A stretch of DNA of 64,000 nucleotides, taken from the NCBI GenBank assembly GCA_040954595.2, contig CM082598.2, positions 6,897,097-6,961,096 of the forward strand, read 5' to 3'. The notes beneath the pieces are model-generated. The model saw only the letters and a program-made list of their open reading frames with translations. It did no database searches and had not been told where the DNA came from. Source of the DNA: Balanoglossus misakiensis. Its lineage: Eukaryota > Animalia > Hemichordata. Shown in pieces: positions 25,621 to 39,723 of the stretch. Within the stretch, counting starts at the first letter, position 1; each line of letters opens with the position of its first letter. Both the position numbers and the translations under genes were made by a program.

Positions 25621-26004
25621 GAGACGTGTAAACTGCGGAAATGTCGAGCAAATCTCGTGACAATTGCAAGAGTGTGGATGGTTGTTAGTGAAGATACCAA
25701 ACGCGAATTTGAGTTGAGCTGTGCACGCACCAGATGGCTGATAGAATTCGCGTGCCGCACAGAAGAATAGAGCATCGAGTTTCGTAGCATGTTTACGCCA
25801 TCAGCACATTGTATCGAATTCAGGTACGATGTAACGTTATCCTATACCACAATATCCCACTTAAGACATACATGCAAAATTACTTCTGTTGCGGCGAGAG
25901 GTCTCAGAGAGGGAAAGTCTCACTATACAATCCCACGACAGTCTAAAGATAAAACAAAAAAAATTCGGTCTAAGTTTGATATCATTGTGTTGTACACTTT
26001 CTGT

Positions 26005-26990
26005 TCATTTTTTTTAAATGGGAGAGTTCCCGGAGACGAGGATGGTAACTTTACTTGTATAGCAAACAGAGGTAGAAGTACAGTGAATTATTGTTGTATT
26101 TCAACAAGATTGTTTCTGTATATCACTCGGTTTGAAATCCCAACAGTGTTTGGATCTGACAATTTTCCGTTGATATGTAATCTTAAACGGACAAAGACTT
26201 TCTCTTGCTGCCCTTTTCCATCAATTATGTTTGATACAAGATACCGTTTATGTTAATGTACATGTGAATATGTAGTGAATGGAAGTTCAATCACACACAA
26301 CTTCCATCCTGCTTGTATGATAAGAGAGTAAAACCTCGCCCAATATGAATAGATGGTAGAGACCAATTATTCATTTTGGCGTGATTTTTCACTCTCGTAT
26401 CTACAAGCGGGATGGAAGTTGTATGTGCTTGAGCGTTCATTCACTACATATACACATGTAGAATAACATAAACTGTGTATTGTATGAAACATAATTAATG
26501 GGGAAAAAAAGGCAGCGAGAGAGACTTTGTCCATTTAAATGTAATGTTGTACAGCCGCATGTCCTGTCCGAGTCAAGAATGCCAGGTAATATTGAAAAGT
26601 ACAGGTGCAAGCAAGAAGAACGAGCAGCTTTCAGAAATTTATTTTCAACAGTGTATGGCAGAGACAAAATTCAACATGTTTTATCGTTGGTTAATTTACA
26701 TGTAAACGACGTAGTCGATAATCTTACAGCTGTGCTTGAAGAGACGGGGAAAAGAATGTAATATGTTTGAACCGCCAGGAATGCCCAATCAATGTGGACG
26801 CACAGATGGTCATTGGTATGATAATGAGTCTGTTGTAAAAAGGAAGCTCAAATTCTATTGGTTGAATAAATTCAGAGCTTCGCTGAGCCCAGCTGATCAT
26901 GATCATTACTGACAAGTGAGAAACGATTACTCTAAGCTCTGTAAAGAAAAATATACCAGGTTTATGAACAAACAGACTGAGAAACTCACC
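26005..26990 (+). pseudogene. Decayed LINE ORF2 fragment (AP-endonuclease C-terminus and linker)
   Basis: FLNGRVPGDEDGNFTC...GRSTVNY...SDNFPL matches the APE motifs NGR..GD..G.FT / S.IDY / SDH.PL. Interrupted by a MITE; frameshifted downstream. Confidence 0.7.
26187..26534. mobile_element. Kolobok-like MITE (348 bp) inserted in the LINE fragment
   Basis: TTAA at 26183-26186 and 26535-26538; TIR A.GGACAAAG..TCTC..GCTGCC. Removing it restores the reading CNLKCNV. Confidence 0.82.
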
Positions 26991-28913
26991 GTGCTTGTCT
27001 ATGAAATACAGAGCTATGACTTCGATTATAGAAAAAAAACAGCTGACTCAGCATTTTCACATTGTCTATGGGCATTTTTTACGACATTTATCTCGAAATT
27101 GAGCTCGGTGACCCTTATATTTTATTTGACCAATGAATATATATTAACTTGACTGAGCTATGCGTAAAATTTCGTGAAAATGACAATAGTACAAGTTTGA
27201 TTTTTAGCGAATATGAATGTAATCCTATGGGAATATGGGTGCGCGCAGTTTTCCGGTTTATGTTCTGCGCGTACATCCTTAAAAGTGATATAGAGATGGT
27301 CAATTGGGAGGAGTATTTTTCCGGTTTGTTGAATCTAGAAGGGGATGGGGAACTGTATCCTGATATGGATGGAAGAGAAATGAGTGAGATCAACAACATG
27401 TCAGATCTTACAGTACAATTTTTAACCACTATTCTCCACGATTTGTATCATCGAAAGTTGCCCATGTAATAACTTGTTCTGTTTTAGATACTAACAATTA
27501 TATGAAGTACATATACATTTATTTATTTTTATCCAGGAAAAGTACATTGAGAAATTAGAGTGAAAATTTTAAAAATCAAACAATGACTAACTGGGGTGGC
27601 CAGTCTCTGTTGAAAGTTACCATGTAAATTTCCTTTGTTCTGCCAATATAAAAATCAATATCTTTTTTGTTTGATTAAACAGGTGTTTCAAGTGTCACCG
27701 AAATTCGTATATCCTCTCTCAATAATGCATGATATTCTAAATCATTTGAAATGGTAATTGACAATAAAATTCACCTTAAAAGTAAAGTAATAATTTCCTT
27801 GAATAAAAGTTTTAAAATGGCTACTTTTTGGCATTTGGAAAATCTTTTCTATACTGTTTTACGAAAATACCGCAAAGTATGCCCGAGGACAAAAGCGCCT
27901 GAGCGTCGGGCGATGCGCTGCGCTAATGTGCATACTTTGCGGTATTTTATTAATGACCTCATATTATAATGTTTGTTATGTAGATTTGTCTTCAGAGGCA
28001 TTCCATACATAGACATCTCTGATCTAACGAATGGCTTTATTTTAGGAGGTGTGGCCCCGCTGTATTAAGAAAATGTACAAAAGTGAGTCCATGTCCTGTC
28101 ACATTTTGCTCCGTTTTGTTGTCATTACTCATTTGTATCCGAGTTATCGCTGTTTTTATTATTGTTACAGAGAAATAAAATATTACAATACAAACTAGTA
28201 TATATATTGGTATTAAATATCAAATATGGATGTAAATATCTTGCGCCAATCTTGAAAAAACGCCAGAAAAGTTGTAGTGTGTGCAGAAAATCAGCGCGAA
28301 TTTTCCGGAAATTGCCGAGTACGCGCCGTTTTCACTCCATACACCTGTGACGTCACTAGTGGAACACATAAACAAACATGTCTGCCCGTACGGCGCGGTG
28401 CCTACGGTGGTGCACGATTTTGAAAGTGAAACCGATGACTGTGGCTGCATGACTTGTGATGCCAGAAGTGACAGCGAAGGTGGTGATATTGACCAACTTG
28501 TAGAGGCTATCGTAATGTTTAGCCAATATCATTACACATTTTCTAGAACATCGACACGTCACTATGTTCGAAGTGCTATAGTGCTGCACACCTGAGCATC
28601 AATTACTTTTCTTGCAGATGTTCTCTTAGTAAATACAGTTTAACTTTTCATGTAATACATACACATTATTCTCTATTTCGTTATGTGGTATTATAAAGTA
28701 AGATGACAAGATTTCTTGGGTGATGGCTAAAGTATATTCGTCATGTTCTTTCTTCCATTGACATTACAAATAACTTGCTGCACGTTTATACATATGATAT
28801 CCATAAGTCATGTGTCAAAATATTCTATATGACTTTACACGTGCACAAGTTTTGAGGGTGTATTTAACATTAAGGCCCATTGAGGTGAATTTTGTACAGC
28901 AGTCTCAAGTCCT

Positions 28914-29060
<147 letters not shown>

Positions 29061-32000
29061 TGAACCTCTTATAGCAGTTTTCGTCATTTCGAGAATTTGT
29101 TAAATTGAAATGACCACAACTTTGTCAAATTTTATGACACTATGCTTGACAACATCTTATGTTTATTTTATTTTGTTAAATTTGATTATTTCTGAAATGA
29201 GGTAAAATCTCTTGTTGAGATTAGCATTCCAATGGCGCTTGGATGAAGACGTGTGCTGGTGAACTGCGCCACCTCAGTCTAATTTGCAAGTCTTTCTACT
29301 CGTTTTCTCAGCCGTTACCCCTTCTAGTAGTCTCATTATTTTATTGGTATTTTAAAAATGTTTTCCTGTTTTTTTTTGTTTACTTTTTTATTTTTATGTT
29401 TACTATTTGTTGATTGTAATGCTGTATGGCGTACCAGTCATTTCAGTACTTTTACTATTTTATTACCATTACGAGTAGTCAGAATACAGGGATGATGCCG
29501 TTATGGCGTTAGCCATACACAATATATGTGACAGCTGGGCTGACATAGCTATATAAAATGTTGTAGACACAGTGACGTGACAGGGCCTGAAATTTATGCC
29601 TGTCCTATCACTGCTTGTATAGGATTGTGGACATGGGTTTGAATACAGAACTGTAATATAGTCTCAATGTTTTTTTTTCCTCCAATATACACACAATTAT
29701 GCCTGTAGAGGCTACATTGGCCCAATTTTCTAAAATATATCCCTTGAAATACAATAGCTACTCAACATGTCATGATTTACTGTATACTTGTTCGAGCGGT
29801 ATCCTTTTGACAGTCAGACCTAGGCAACTCCACTGAAGTCTCTGGATAATGAGTGGACACGCGAACATGATTCGACTATGATTTACACCAAGGCCGAAAC
29901 GGAGCAAGGAATCACCATCAATCACCCAACACTCACGCAGGACAGCGATCTGCAGTAGAAAAAATAATGCCAATCGGCATGAAAAAGTAACACTTAAAAT
30001 TTACATGTCGATACATTTATGAGACGCATGTGCTGAATGGTTCCGTTTCGCCAAAGCTTGAATTGCCCGATTAATAGTTAAAAACATGCGAAATATACCA
30101 CAGCCTCTTATGGCAATTCTGAAGCTATCAATATTTGCCAAAAAGCTGTATAAACTGTAGCTCACGATAATTCCTGACTTTATCACAATCTGCTTGAACA
30201 GTGTTTGTTTGTTTGTTACTTGATAGTGGTGGAGTGTTTTTTGCTAACGACTAAACAAATATTCTGAGCTATATATTAAATGTGTTGAGAGGTTTCTGTC
30301 AAAGTCTATACCCGTAAACCAAATAGAACAAGCGGTTTAATCTGCAAGACCCATAGTAAATTGCTTCTGATATGTACCTGTAGATACCAAGCTGAACAGC
30401 CAGCACGTCAATAAACTTCAAACTTAACCATCAGAATATCAAAAACACCAATACCTAGGGAATAGTCACAGAAACCTTATTAATTGGAGGTCGAACTTAT
30501 GACTTTTATAGTGGTCTTGTGTGGGCAGGGATGTCATTTACACTTCCTAACATATACATGAGTGAGTGTGTACGCGCTGATATGAACAACAATTCATTCG
30601 ATGTTGGCTAATAGGAACATTAGTCAAAGTTGAAGTTTTAATTAAAATTAATTGCACACTAGACACTGGTACACATGGAGTCTCACTGACTCCAACATGT
30701 AATCAGATGCAGGTGAAGGCCATACTCTATTGATAGGAGCAATAAAATTGACTTTTCATGACAACTGGTCAATGTTTGCCTGAAAGTGTTTGCCAACGTG
30801 GGTCTTATTCTGCTGTTCTTATCAGTGCGTGTATTGCAGGTCATGTGTCAATTGCCATTCTTCAAATATATCTCGCCTCACAAATTCTATAGATTTGAGA
30901 GCCTCTTCAGTTCCCCCTTTTTGCTGAATTTTATCGCCCCCCATTTGTTTTTCTAATATCTCCAAATTCCGGAGATGCCCCTCCCCCGACGTTGATACAT
31001 TCCAATCACTTATATGCACAGTTTACTGCAGGGGTATTTAGTGTGCGTAAAGGTACAATAGTAAACGTTTAGGTTTTAAAAAAAAACATGAGTGCAGTTG
31101 AGCGGTGCTGGTAACAATTACGCACGAGGCACTGGTACACACGGAGTCTCACTGACTCCAACACGTAATCAGATGCAGGTGAATGCCATTCTCTATAACA
31201 GCAATAAATTATCCGATAGTTTTATGACAGCTGGTGCATGTTTGCCTTAAAGTGTTTGCCAACGCGGGTCTTATACTGCCGTTCTTATCAGTGCGTGTAT
31301 TGTGGGTCATGTGTCAATTGCCATTCTTCAAACATGTCTAACCTCACAAATTCTGTAGATTTGAGAGCCTTTTCAGTTCCACCTTTGTGCTGAATTTTAT
31401 CGTCCCCGTTTGTTTTTTGTAATATCTCCAAATTCCGAAGATGCCCCTCCCCCCGACGCTATACATTCCAAACACATATATGCCCAGTTTACTGCAGGGG
31501 AATTTAGTGTGCGTAATAGTACAATAGTAAACGTTGAAGTTTTAATAAAAATATGAGTGCAGTTGAGCGGTGCTGATAATAATTACGCACTAGACACTGG
31601 TACACACGGAGTCTCACTGACTCCAACATGTGATCAGATGCAGGTGAAGGCCATACTCTATTGATAGGAGCAATAACATTGACTTTTCATGACAACTGGT
31701 CAATGTTTGCCTAAAAGTGTTTGCCAACGTGGGTCTTATCCTGCTGTTCTTATCAGTGCGTGTATTGCGGGTCATGTGTCAATTGCCATTCTTCAAATAT
31801 GTCTCGCCTCACAAATTCTACAGAGTTGAGAGCCTCTTCAGTTCCCCCTTTGTGCTGAATTTTATCCCCCCCCCCATTTGTTTTTCTAGTATCTCAAAAT
31901 TCCTAAGATACCCCTCCCCCGCGATGCTAATACATTCCAAACACATAAATGCACAAAAGAATGGACAGTTTGCATTACAAGACAGCTAATAAATGTTATA

Positions 32001-33746
32001 TACTTGCATTTTATAGAAAAGAAAAAAAAATCAAACTTAAACTTTATACCAGTATTGATTACAGCAGTGGTATTTTGTGTGCGTAAATGTAAATGATGAT
32101 GGTGGCTGCCAAAAGGAAATTCTCAGTTAACATCCTGAACATCTAAAATATTATTGTAATGAATGATTATTGCAATTGATGGACGTGTTTGCTTTATTTT
32201 TGTTTTAAAAGAACAATTTCACAGTGCATCGCGACACGTTTTGTTTGTACGTTGCAAAGCGGTGGACTCTTACAGAAAGTTCCATTAATGTTCCATAATC
32301 AATCAACTGCAATTTCTTTACTCGATAGAAAATTTACCGAAATTCGGTGTACTTTGTCCGTGGCCATGCACACACGCGATGCTGTAGACAGTGCAGTGTG
32401 TCCTCGATGTAATGTACTGTGGAACATATGTGTACTCAAACTCATAGAAACACTTAACGAGTTAGGATTTACTGTTGTACTGCTTTACTGTGGTTTTCAT
32501 GAAAGATTAACGGAGCAGCTAAAAAGCCAAATCATTATCAATCATGCAACATTCACGTAAGACAGCGATCTGCATTAGAAATAGAAGAGTACTCGACTAG
32601 TAACGGTTTAATTTATATGTGAACACATTTGTGAGACGTACGTTCTGATTGGCTCCTTTTCTTCAACTCTGGAACTGGCTGAATAATTCTAAACATATGA
32701 AATAAGATGACATAACTTCATGACCTCTGCGCGCGATCTGTGCCGTAGAGAAGTTATTTTCACTCAATTATTCTGCAGTATTTTCACTTGCAACGCTCGT
32801 GAAGTACTACGTCAGAATACACCGCATCATTCAAAACAACTTCTGTATGGTAGAGATTGCACGCAGAGGTCACGGAGTTTTGTTATTATTGAATATGTTT
32901 TCACAGACTTGACATAAATCGAAGTTTCGATCGCGGCGTTTTGATTTTTAACATAGTGATACGCCAGACTATGCGGTCTTTGTTATGCAAAGTAGAATCA
33001 TGTCGGGTCATTTCATCAGTGGTTTAGCTGAGGTCGCGAGATCTCATCGGTAAATTTTGAAAACTTTGGCGATAACGAGAGATTTTCGTAATTTTCGAGG
33101 TTGCAAAACATCCTGACAACCAAATGTTCTGTTACTCTGACAAAAGATGGAAAATGTAATAAAAATACGTGCGAGAACGGGGGAATAGTTTACGCCAATG
33201 TGTTGAATGCAAAATAGCCGTATGAATTCTAACTCCTCACTCGCGATCTGGTGGAGAAATGTTTGTATGCGACAGTACTTATTAATTGTGTGTTTTACTG
33301 GTGGAATATTTCTCTACCAACTAAACAAACATTCTCTGCTATATATTAAATATGTTGAGTGGTTTTGGTATGCCATAAAGCCAATATAATAAATAGTACG
33401 TGTATGTAATCTTTAAGACCCAAACTTAAAATTCTTCTGATTACAAACTGAATAGATTGTACGTTAGACAATTAATTCCAAAACAAATCAACGGATCGGA
33501 ATATCTACAACAACAATTATTGATGTGCATATAGTCCCAAACAACCTAGCTGGAAGGTCGAATTTATGAATACATTTTGTCAATGTGTTGGCACAAATAT
33601 CTTTCGTACCACTGAGAGAGCGCTGATAACAGCAATAAAATCAATACAGGCTGACAATTTTATGAACACTGGTCTTGGTTTTTAATAAATCCTGGTCGAA
33701 AAGGATTAGTGCGAATGAACGGTGATCATAAAAATGCCACAATTAA

Positions 33747-33797
33747 CACTGGCACACGTGGAGTCTCACCGACTCCAAATGTAGTCAGATGCAGGTG
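33747..33797. mobile_element. 51-bp TTAA-flanked piggyBac-like mini-element with internal hairpin
   Basis: TTAA|CACTGGCA...TGGAGTC-TCACC-GACTCCA...TGCAGGTG|TTAA. The same core, without intact TTAA, occurs at ~30664, 31130, 31595 and 38240. Confidence 0.5.
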
Positions 33798-34700
33798 TTA
33801 ATGAATGTCTTTCTCTACGGTAATAATAACTGCAAGCACTTGCCAAGGAAACGGTTATCTACATTGCATGTGTTAGGGCGATGAGTCTGATTGACTCGGT
33901 AGCGACAAGGGGGAGGATAACAGTAGTACAGGGATGGAAATCCAAACTTGAGCTGACCTGTCTAAACTGTTTGTCAACGCGAGTCTTATACTTGTTCTTA
34001 TCAATGTGTTTGTTATGGTTCATGTGTCATTTGCCCTTTTTCAACACGTTTCAGCTCACAAATTATACATTGATGTTGATTTTTTTTAGTTTATAACTTT
34101 ATCTCAGTCTCCATGTTTTTTGTTATCTCATGCATGTCCCTCTACGATAATACAGTCCACAAGATATATTTCTACGCGAATTGACAATTAACATTGTCAG
34201 GTAACTGATGGGAATAACAGGTCGTACTGTTTATGTTATAGAGAGGGGAAATCAGACTTACAAAACTTTAGATGTTTATTTTTATCTGGACGGCCTCTGT
34301 TTTATTGAGTGTCCAAAATCAAACATTACTTGCAATAAATGGTGTCGAGTGGTTTTGGTTGAATTCCATTTGTGCCAGCCAGTTGTGGCATGCAAAGCGG
34401 CGATGTTATTAGTGCGGTTCCTTTAAAGTTGTTTGCTTTGTCATTGAGCGAGTTTTATGGCCGTGTTTGCAGGTCGACGTCCAGTGGATTTGGCGGCGTG
34501 CCATTCAGAAATCAGTGTTTAGTGTATCGAGTGCGTGACTACATTTAGCTCATTTAGCAATAATTAGTTTGTTAAATTTTTACGAAGTTTGAAATGATGC
34601 CACAAGCCTTCTTTAATGTATTCGACATAATAAAGCGAAGACGTAGGTTGGCAAGGGGAAATTCTTAATTAATATCCTGAACATCTAAACCATATTTTAA

Positions 34701-35133
34701 ACGGGCTAATGTCTCTCTCTCGCTGCTCTTTTTTCATATATTATGTTTGATACAAGACACCGTTTTCTAAATGTGGAAACAAGGTGAATCAATATATGTT
34801 CAACCACACACAACTTTCATGCCATTTGTAGGATTTGAGAGTAAAATCTCACCAAAATGAATAAATGGTAAACACCGATTATTCATTTTGGCAAGTTTTT
34901 CACTCTCGTGTCTACAAGTGGGATGGAAGTTGCATGTGGTTGAACGTTGATTGACTATATATCCACATTTAGAATAACATAAACGGTGTCTTGTATCAAA
35001 CATATTTTTTGAAAAGGGGTGCATGTGGTTGAACGTTGATTCACTATATATCCACATTTAGAATAACATAAACAGTGTCTTGTATCAAACATAATTTTTG
35101 AAAAGGGGGCAGCAAGAGAGAGACTTTGTCCCT
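34701..35133. mobile_element. Kolobok-like MITE, same family as 26187-26534, with an internal ~80-bp duplication
   Basis: TTAA at 34697-34700 and 35134-35137; end GGCAGCAAGAGAGAGACTTTGTCCCT; internal sequence homologous to 26187-26534. Confidence 0.8.
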
Positions 35134-38100
35134 TTAATGAACAATCATTATTCACGATGGGCACGTCCGCTTTACTTTTGTTTGAGAGGAACGTGTACAC
35201 AGTGCATGTCGACGTTTTTGCTTACATTGAAAAGTAGTGTTGTCTAAACGAGATCTAATTAATACCTGTTATTTCCTGCCATTTCGATATTACATTATAG
35301 TGACTATTTAAGAGGTATTACACAAAGTTTTACAAATATCGCGTTGCATATTTTTTTCATATTTGGACGAGTTGCACAACAAGGAGTCAAAATATTGTCA
35401 CATTATCAAAATGGAACGCGATATCTGTCAAACATACATCCATGCCTATAAAACAGTATGCTTTACGAAACATAGCGCCAAGAGATAATTTATTTCACAG
35501 CCAGAAATTTGTAAATCTAAATATCGCCTCAGGAAAGCAGCAGTATACAAAGCAGCCTTCGTACTGATGATATATTTACATTCAAAATAAAAACTGTTCC
35601 ACTCTCTATCTAATTATCTATATTTACAATTATTTGCGCCGGGAAAATTCTCATGAGGTAAAAATGTACCGTTCATCATGGCAAGACTGCAAGCTTTGAA
35701 CACAATATTGCCAATTCTATAACCCGACCATGCAACCCCCCTTTCCACTAGAGTCCCATTTCCCGTGTGTCGCTCGCAAATAAAGGAATGGTTGTCCACC
35801 CCTTGTCCGCACCGCTGTGTAGCGAGTTGCTTCGTGAGGAGTCTGGCTAAGATATGTCAACTTTTAGTAAGCATTGAGCTTTTTACAGAAATAGGCTGGA
35901 AACCATAAGACCAAAGTCCGTAGTCTGTAGATTTGTGGACTATGCAGCCAGGAATTTATGAGCGACCAGGATCTGAACGTACTGAAAAGCTTACTGTCCG
36001 TTTACTACAAAACGTGCACGTTGTGGGTTAGTGTTATTGTGATCAATGAGTTTTGAGTCTTTGTGAAATAATCTAGCCTCAATATCTATAACCAAACAAA
36101 ATTGCATCTGGTTTCGATATTATACAACACTGTTAGTGTGATGATTTACCACGTTACTTCTCAATAATAGTTCCGGTCACACAGTAAAAGTCCATCTCTT
36201 TTTCCACTAGTTAAAATACTGGCTCATCCTATCTTCTTTTAGAATAATAGCATATTAGTCGATACAGGCGTTGCATGTATGATAAAGATTGGTCCTGAGC
36301 AAAGCCAGTATCCCTCCAATACCCACACTGTCAAAAGCAACAACATCATTTTGGTATTTTAAAACAATCATGCATTTAGAATGAGGTCACCATAGTACTG
36401 GGATAGATTATGTATGCCATACTTTTATGGTGATGTTATAATTGTAATCTTCGGTGGTGTGGGGTTTGAAGAACGGCAAAGGGAACAGCAGTGTGCATGG
36501 TTTCAGACTCTGACGACTTTATTATGAGTGCAGCCCTGCAGAGCTTGTCGACCTAAGCCCCAGACTGACAAATGTGTCCAGAAAGACTGTGAGGGGAAAA
36601 CGGAACCCATCTTTACATGATAAAAATCAAATATTTAGAAGAAACAGCACATCTTTTGTTCACAAACCAAGCTACCGCTGTTTATAATTGAAGCCCTATC
36701 AGAAAATTGACAGTAAACTTCTGACAAAAGACATGTATATAGTACAAAACAAAGTTAGATAAGTTGGCTTACAAATACCGTCACATTGATTGGATGTTCT
36801 TCACTAATCGGCCAGAAATTTGTATTTTTCAATTAACCTTAATTGGCGTTTATCCATTTTACGACCTAGTTAAGGTTAAGTTAATTTTTTCAACACACAC
36901 GTGGTTATCCACCGGGTGACGAAAAAAAGGGAAGTCCCGGTCCTTCATGACGACATTTTATTTACAATTTTACCCGTTTCACGTATTACCTCTTTCGCTG
37001 CTTTGTTGTAAAGTAAATTTTATGAGCAGCAGGTCCTAGCTTGAGATAAACACCTGTTGAAATACATGCCTGTGATACTTTGTCTGACAATGCGTCTATA
37101 AATATGGCGATAAAAACGAATGATGACCTCTGTCCCGAAATGAGTTCGTTCAATGTGACGCATGTATGGCGCTAGCCTTTCACAATATATGTGCCAGCTT
37201 GAAATATTGTCACATTACCAAATAGGATCGTGGACAGGGGTTTGAATTCAGAATTGTAATATAGTCTGAATGTTTTTATTTTCCAATATACACACAATTA
37301 TGCCTGCAGAGGCTAAATTGACACAATAGACCCCTTGAAATACAATATTGTACTCAATATGTCATGATTTACTGTGTACTTGTTCGAGCGGTGTCCTTTT
37401 GACAGTCAGTCCTTAGCGACTGCACCAAAGTCTCCAGATAATAAAAGGACACGGGCACATGCATTTACACACGTACACTCCTCCACACAGGACAGCGATC
37501 TGCAGTAGCAAAAATATTACCAATCGGCATGGCAAAGTAACACTTAAAATTTACATGTCGTACATTTATGAGACGCACGTTCTTATTGGTTCCATTTGGC
37601 CAGCGCTTGAATTGCCCTATGAATAATTAAAACGCGACAAAAAACAGCCTCTTATGGCAACTCAGAAACTGCTGTGTAACGGGGCCATGGTTGCGACAAT
37701 ATTTGAGAAAAAGGTGTATAAACTGTAGCTCACGATAATTCCTGACTTTATCGCGATCTGGTTGAAACGTGTTTGTTCGTTTGTTTGTTTGTTACTTGAT
37801 AGTGGTGGAGTGTTTTTTGCTAGCGACTAAACAAATATTCTGAGCTATATATTAAGTGTGTTGAGTGGTTTCTGTCAACTTGTATACCCGTAAAGCCATT
37901 AGAACAAACGGTATTTTATCTGTAATACCCATAGTAAATTCCTTCTGATGTGTACCTGTATATATCAAGCTGAACAGCCAGCACGCCAATAAACTTCAAA
38001 CTTAACCATCAGAATATTAAAAACACCAATACCTAGGGAATAGTCACAGAAACCTTATTAATGGAAGGTCAAAGTTATGAATTTTATAGTGGCCTTGTGT

Positions 38101-39396
38101 GGGCAGGGATGTCATTTACACTTCTTTACTTAGTACATGAGTGCGTGTGAACGCGCTGATGTAATAGTAAACGTTTGAGTTTTAATAAAAATAAGTATGA
38201 ATTAACTTGACCGGTGCTGATAACAATTATGCACTGGACACTGGTACACATGGAGTCTCACTGACTCCAATATGTAACAAGACACAGGTGAAGGCCATTC
38301 TCTGTTAATAATAGCAATAAAATTGACCGACAGTTTTATGACAACTGGTCAATGTTTGCATAAAAATGTTTGCCAACGTGGTTCTTATACTCCCTTTCTT
38401 ATCAGTACATGTGTTAAGGGTCATGTGTCAATTGCCCTTGCATAAATTCTCAAGAGATGCCACTTTTTGCATTATTTTCATGATTTTACTTTTCAGCTTA
38501 GATTGGTCTATCGAAATAAGCTTGCTGATACAAGAACATCTTAGCAATGCCATATTGTGGCTGTATGTTACAACTGATATAATAAACAGTGTCGCGCATG
38601 TTTAATCGGCCTCCATACAAAGGGTATACACAACTGTGGTATTGTGGTATGCACCACCACGAGATGACAACCGATGCAAATGCAAGTAATGTGCCTTAAT
38701 GGTGAGAATTCTAACGGGTAGGGAGATTTTGTTGTTGTTGTTGTTCCTTTATTCCTACTCGAAATGAGAAGATTTCCTCAACACATTAAATTAAACCATA
38801 ATGTTTAATGCAAACAATTATGGAATCAAATCGCATGATTAATTTATATTTTCATTTTCTATGGTGTTGATTTGAAATCCAGTCAGAATCTCATTTTCTG
38901 TTCCACATAGAAAGAAACTATCAGCCTCATTTTACCATAAAGCTCCAGTCTATGTACTACATGTACATGTATTATAGTCGAACAGCCAAGGGCTCATTAA
39001 CATAATTTATACAGTATTCTAATTCAAAATTGTGGTCCGTTGGAGTTCCTCTCACTGTACACAGTAAAATTGTCGTTGAAATTGTGGTCGTTTTTTTCCT
39101 TTGACTGTGGCGTCAAAACTAAACGGATCAGCGCAATCTTTGCTGGATGAAAGGTTAGTGTAACCCTCTATACTAATAGCTATTCTTCGTGAACTTTTTT
39201 GGTGAAGAATTGATCATTTTTAGACAAGTAAAAATGCCATGTAAATGTAATGTAATGATCACAACTTGATATCCCGAAAGGTTCAAGTGTGTACTATGAA
39301 CGTAGAATATTTGGCGATTTTTTGAAAATTGGCCTTTTCTGGGGAAAATGGCAGCCAACTTGTACACTGTGACGTGATGTACAGTGCGTAAAACAG

Positions 39397-39505
39397 TAGT
39401 CCTGCGTACATGTCTGTGTGTTCCCGGCATGACACGGCCTCCACCGGCATTACACGGCCTCAACCGTGGAATGCCGAGAGCACACAGACCTGTACGCAGT
39501 ACTAC
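39397..39505. repeat. Imperfect palindrome, ~36-bp arms
   Basis: GTAGTCCTGCGTACATGTCTGTGTGTTCCCGGCAT pairs with ATGCCGAGAGCACACAGACCTGTACGCAGTACTAC; the loop holds ACACGGCCTC twice. Confidence 0.85.
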
Positions 39506-39723
39506 GTAAACAGCTGTTCATGTGTACAGCTATAGCATTGATGGACTGTAGAAAGCACATTTGATGAGTTATTTTTACAATGTTAGCAAGTAATTTGTCC
39601 AAAATGAACAGTCCGTGTTCAGGTTGTTAAGGTCCAATGGAGAAATGTACTCTAAAGTGGGGCAATTTCCGCAGGTATTTAGCTATTAAAAAGTGAACAT
39701 GAAATTGGCATGCCTAATTTTAT

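Larger units (their letters stand above)
29500..38440. repeat. Zone of nested old direct duplications, mostly non-coding
   Basis: ~29500-30860 recurs at ~37165-38440 and more distantly at ~32550-34170. A ~465-bp unit is tandemly triplicated at ~30655-31950. Confidence 0.85.

Noticed and set aside
27864-27948. Short hairpin AAATACCGCAAAGTATGC / GCATACTTTGCGGTATTT
   Set aside because: Real inverted repeat but isolated; no TSD, family or RNA-gene features to support a call.
30664-30716. Possible self-cleaving ribozyme in the repeated hairpin core
   Set aside because: No complete hammerhead (CUGANGA...GAAA), twister or HDV core found by eye on either strand.
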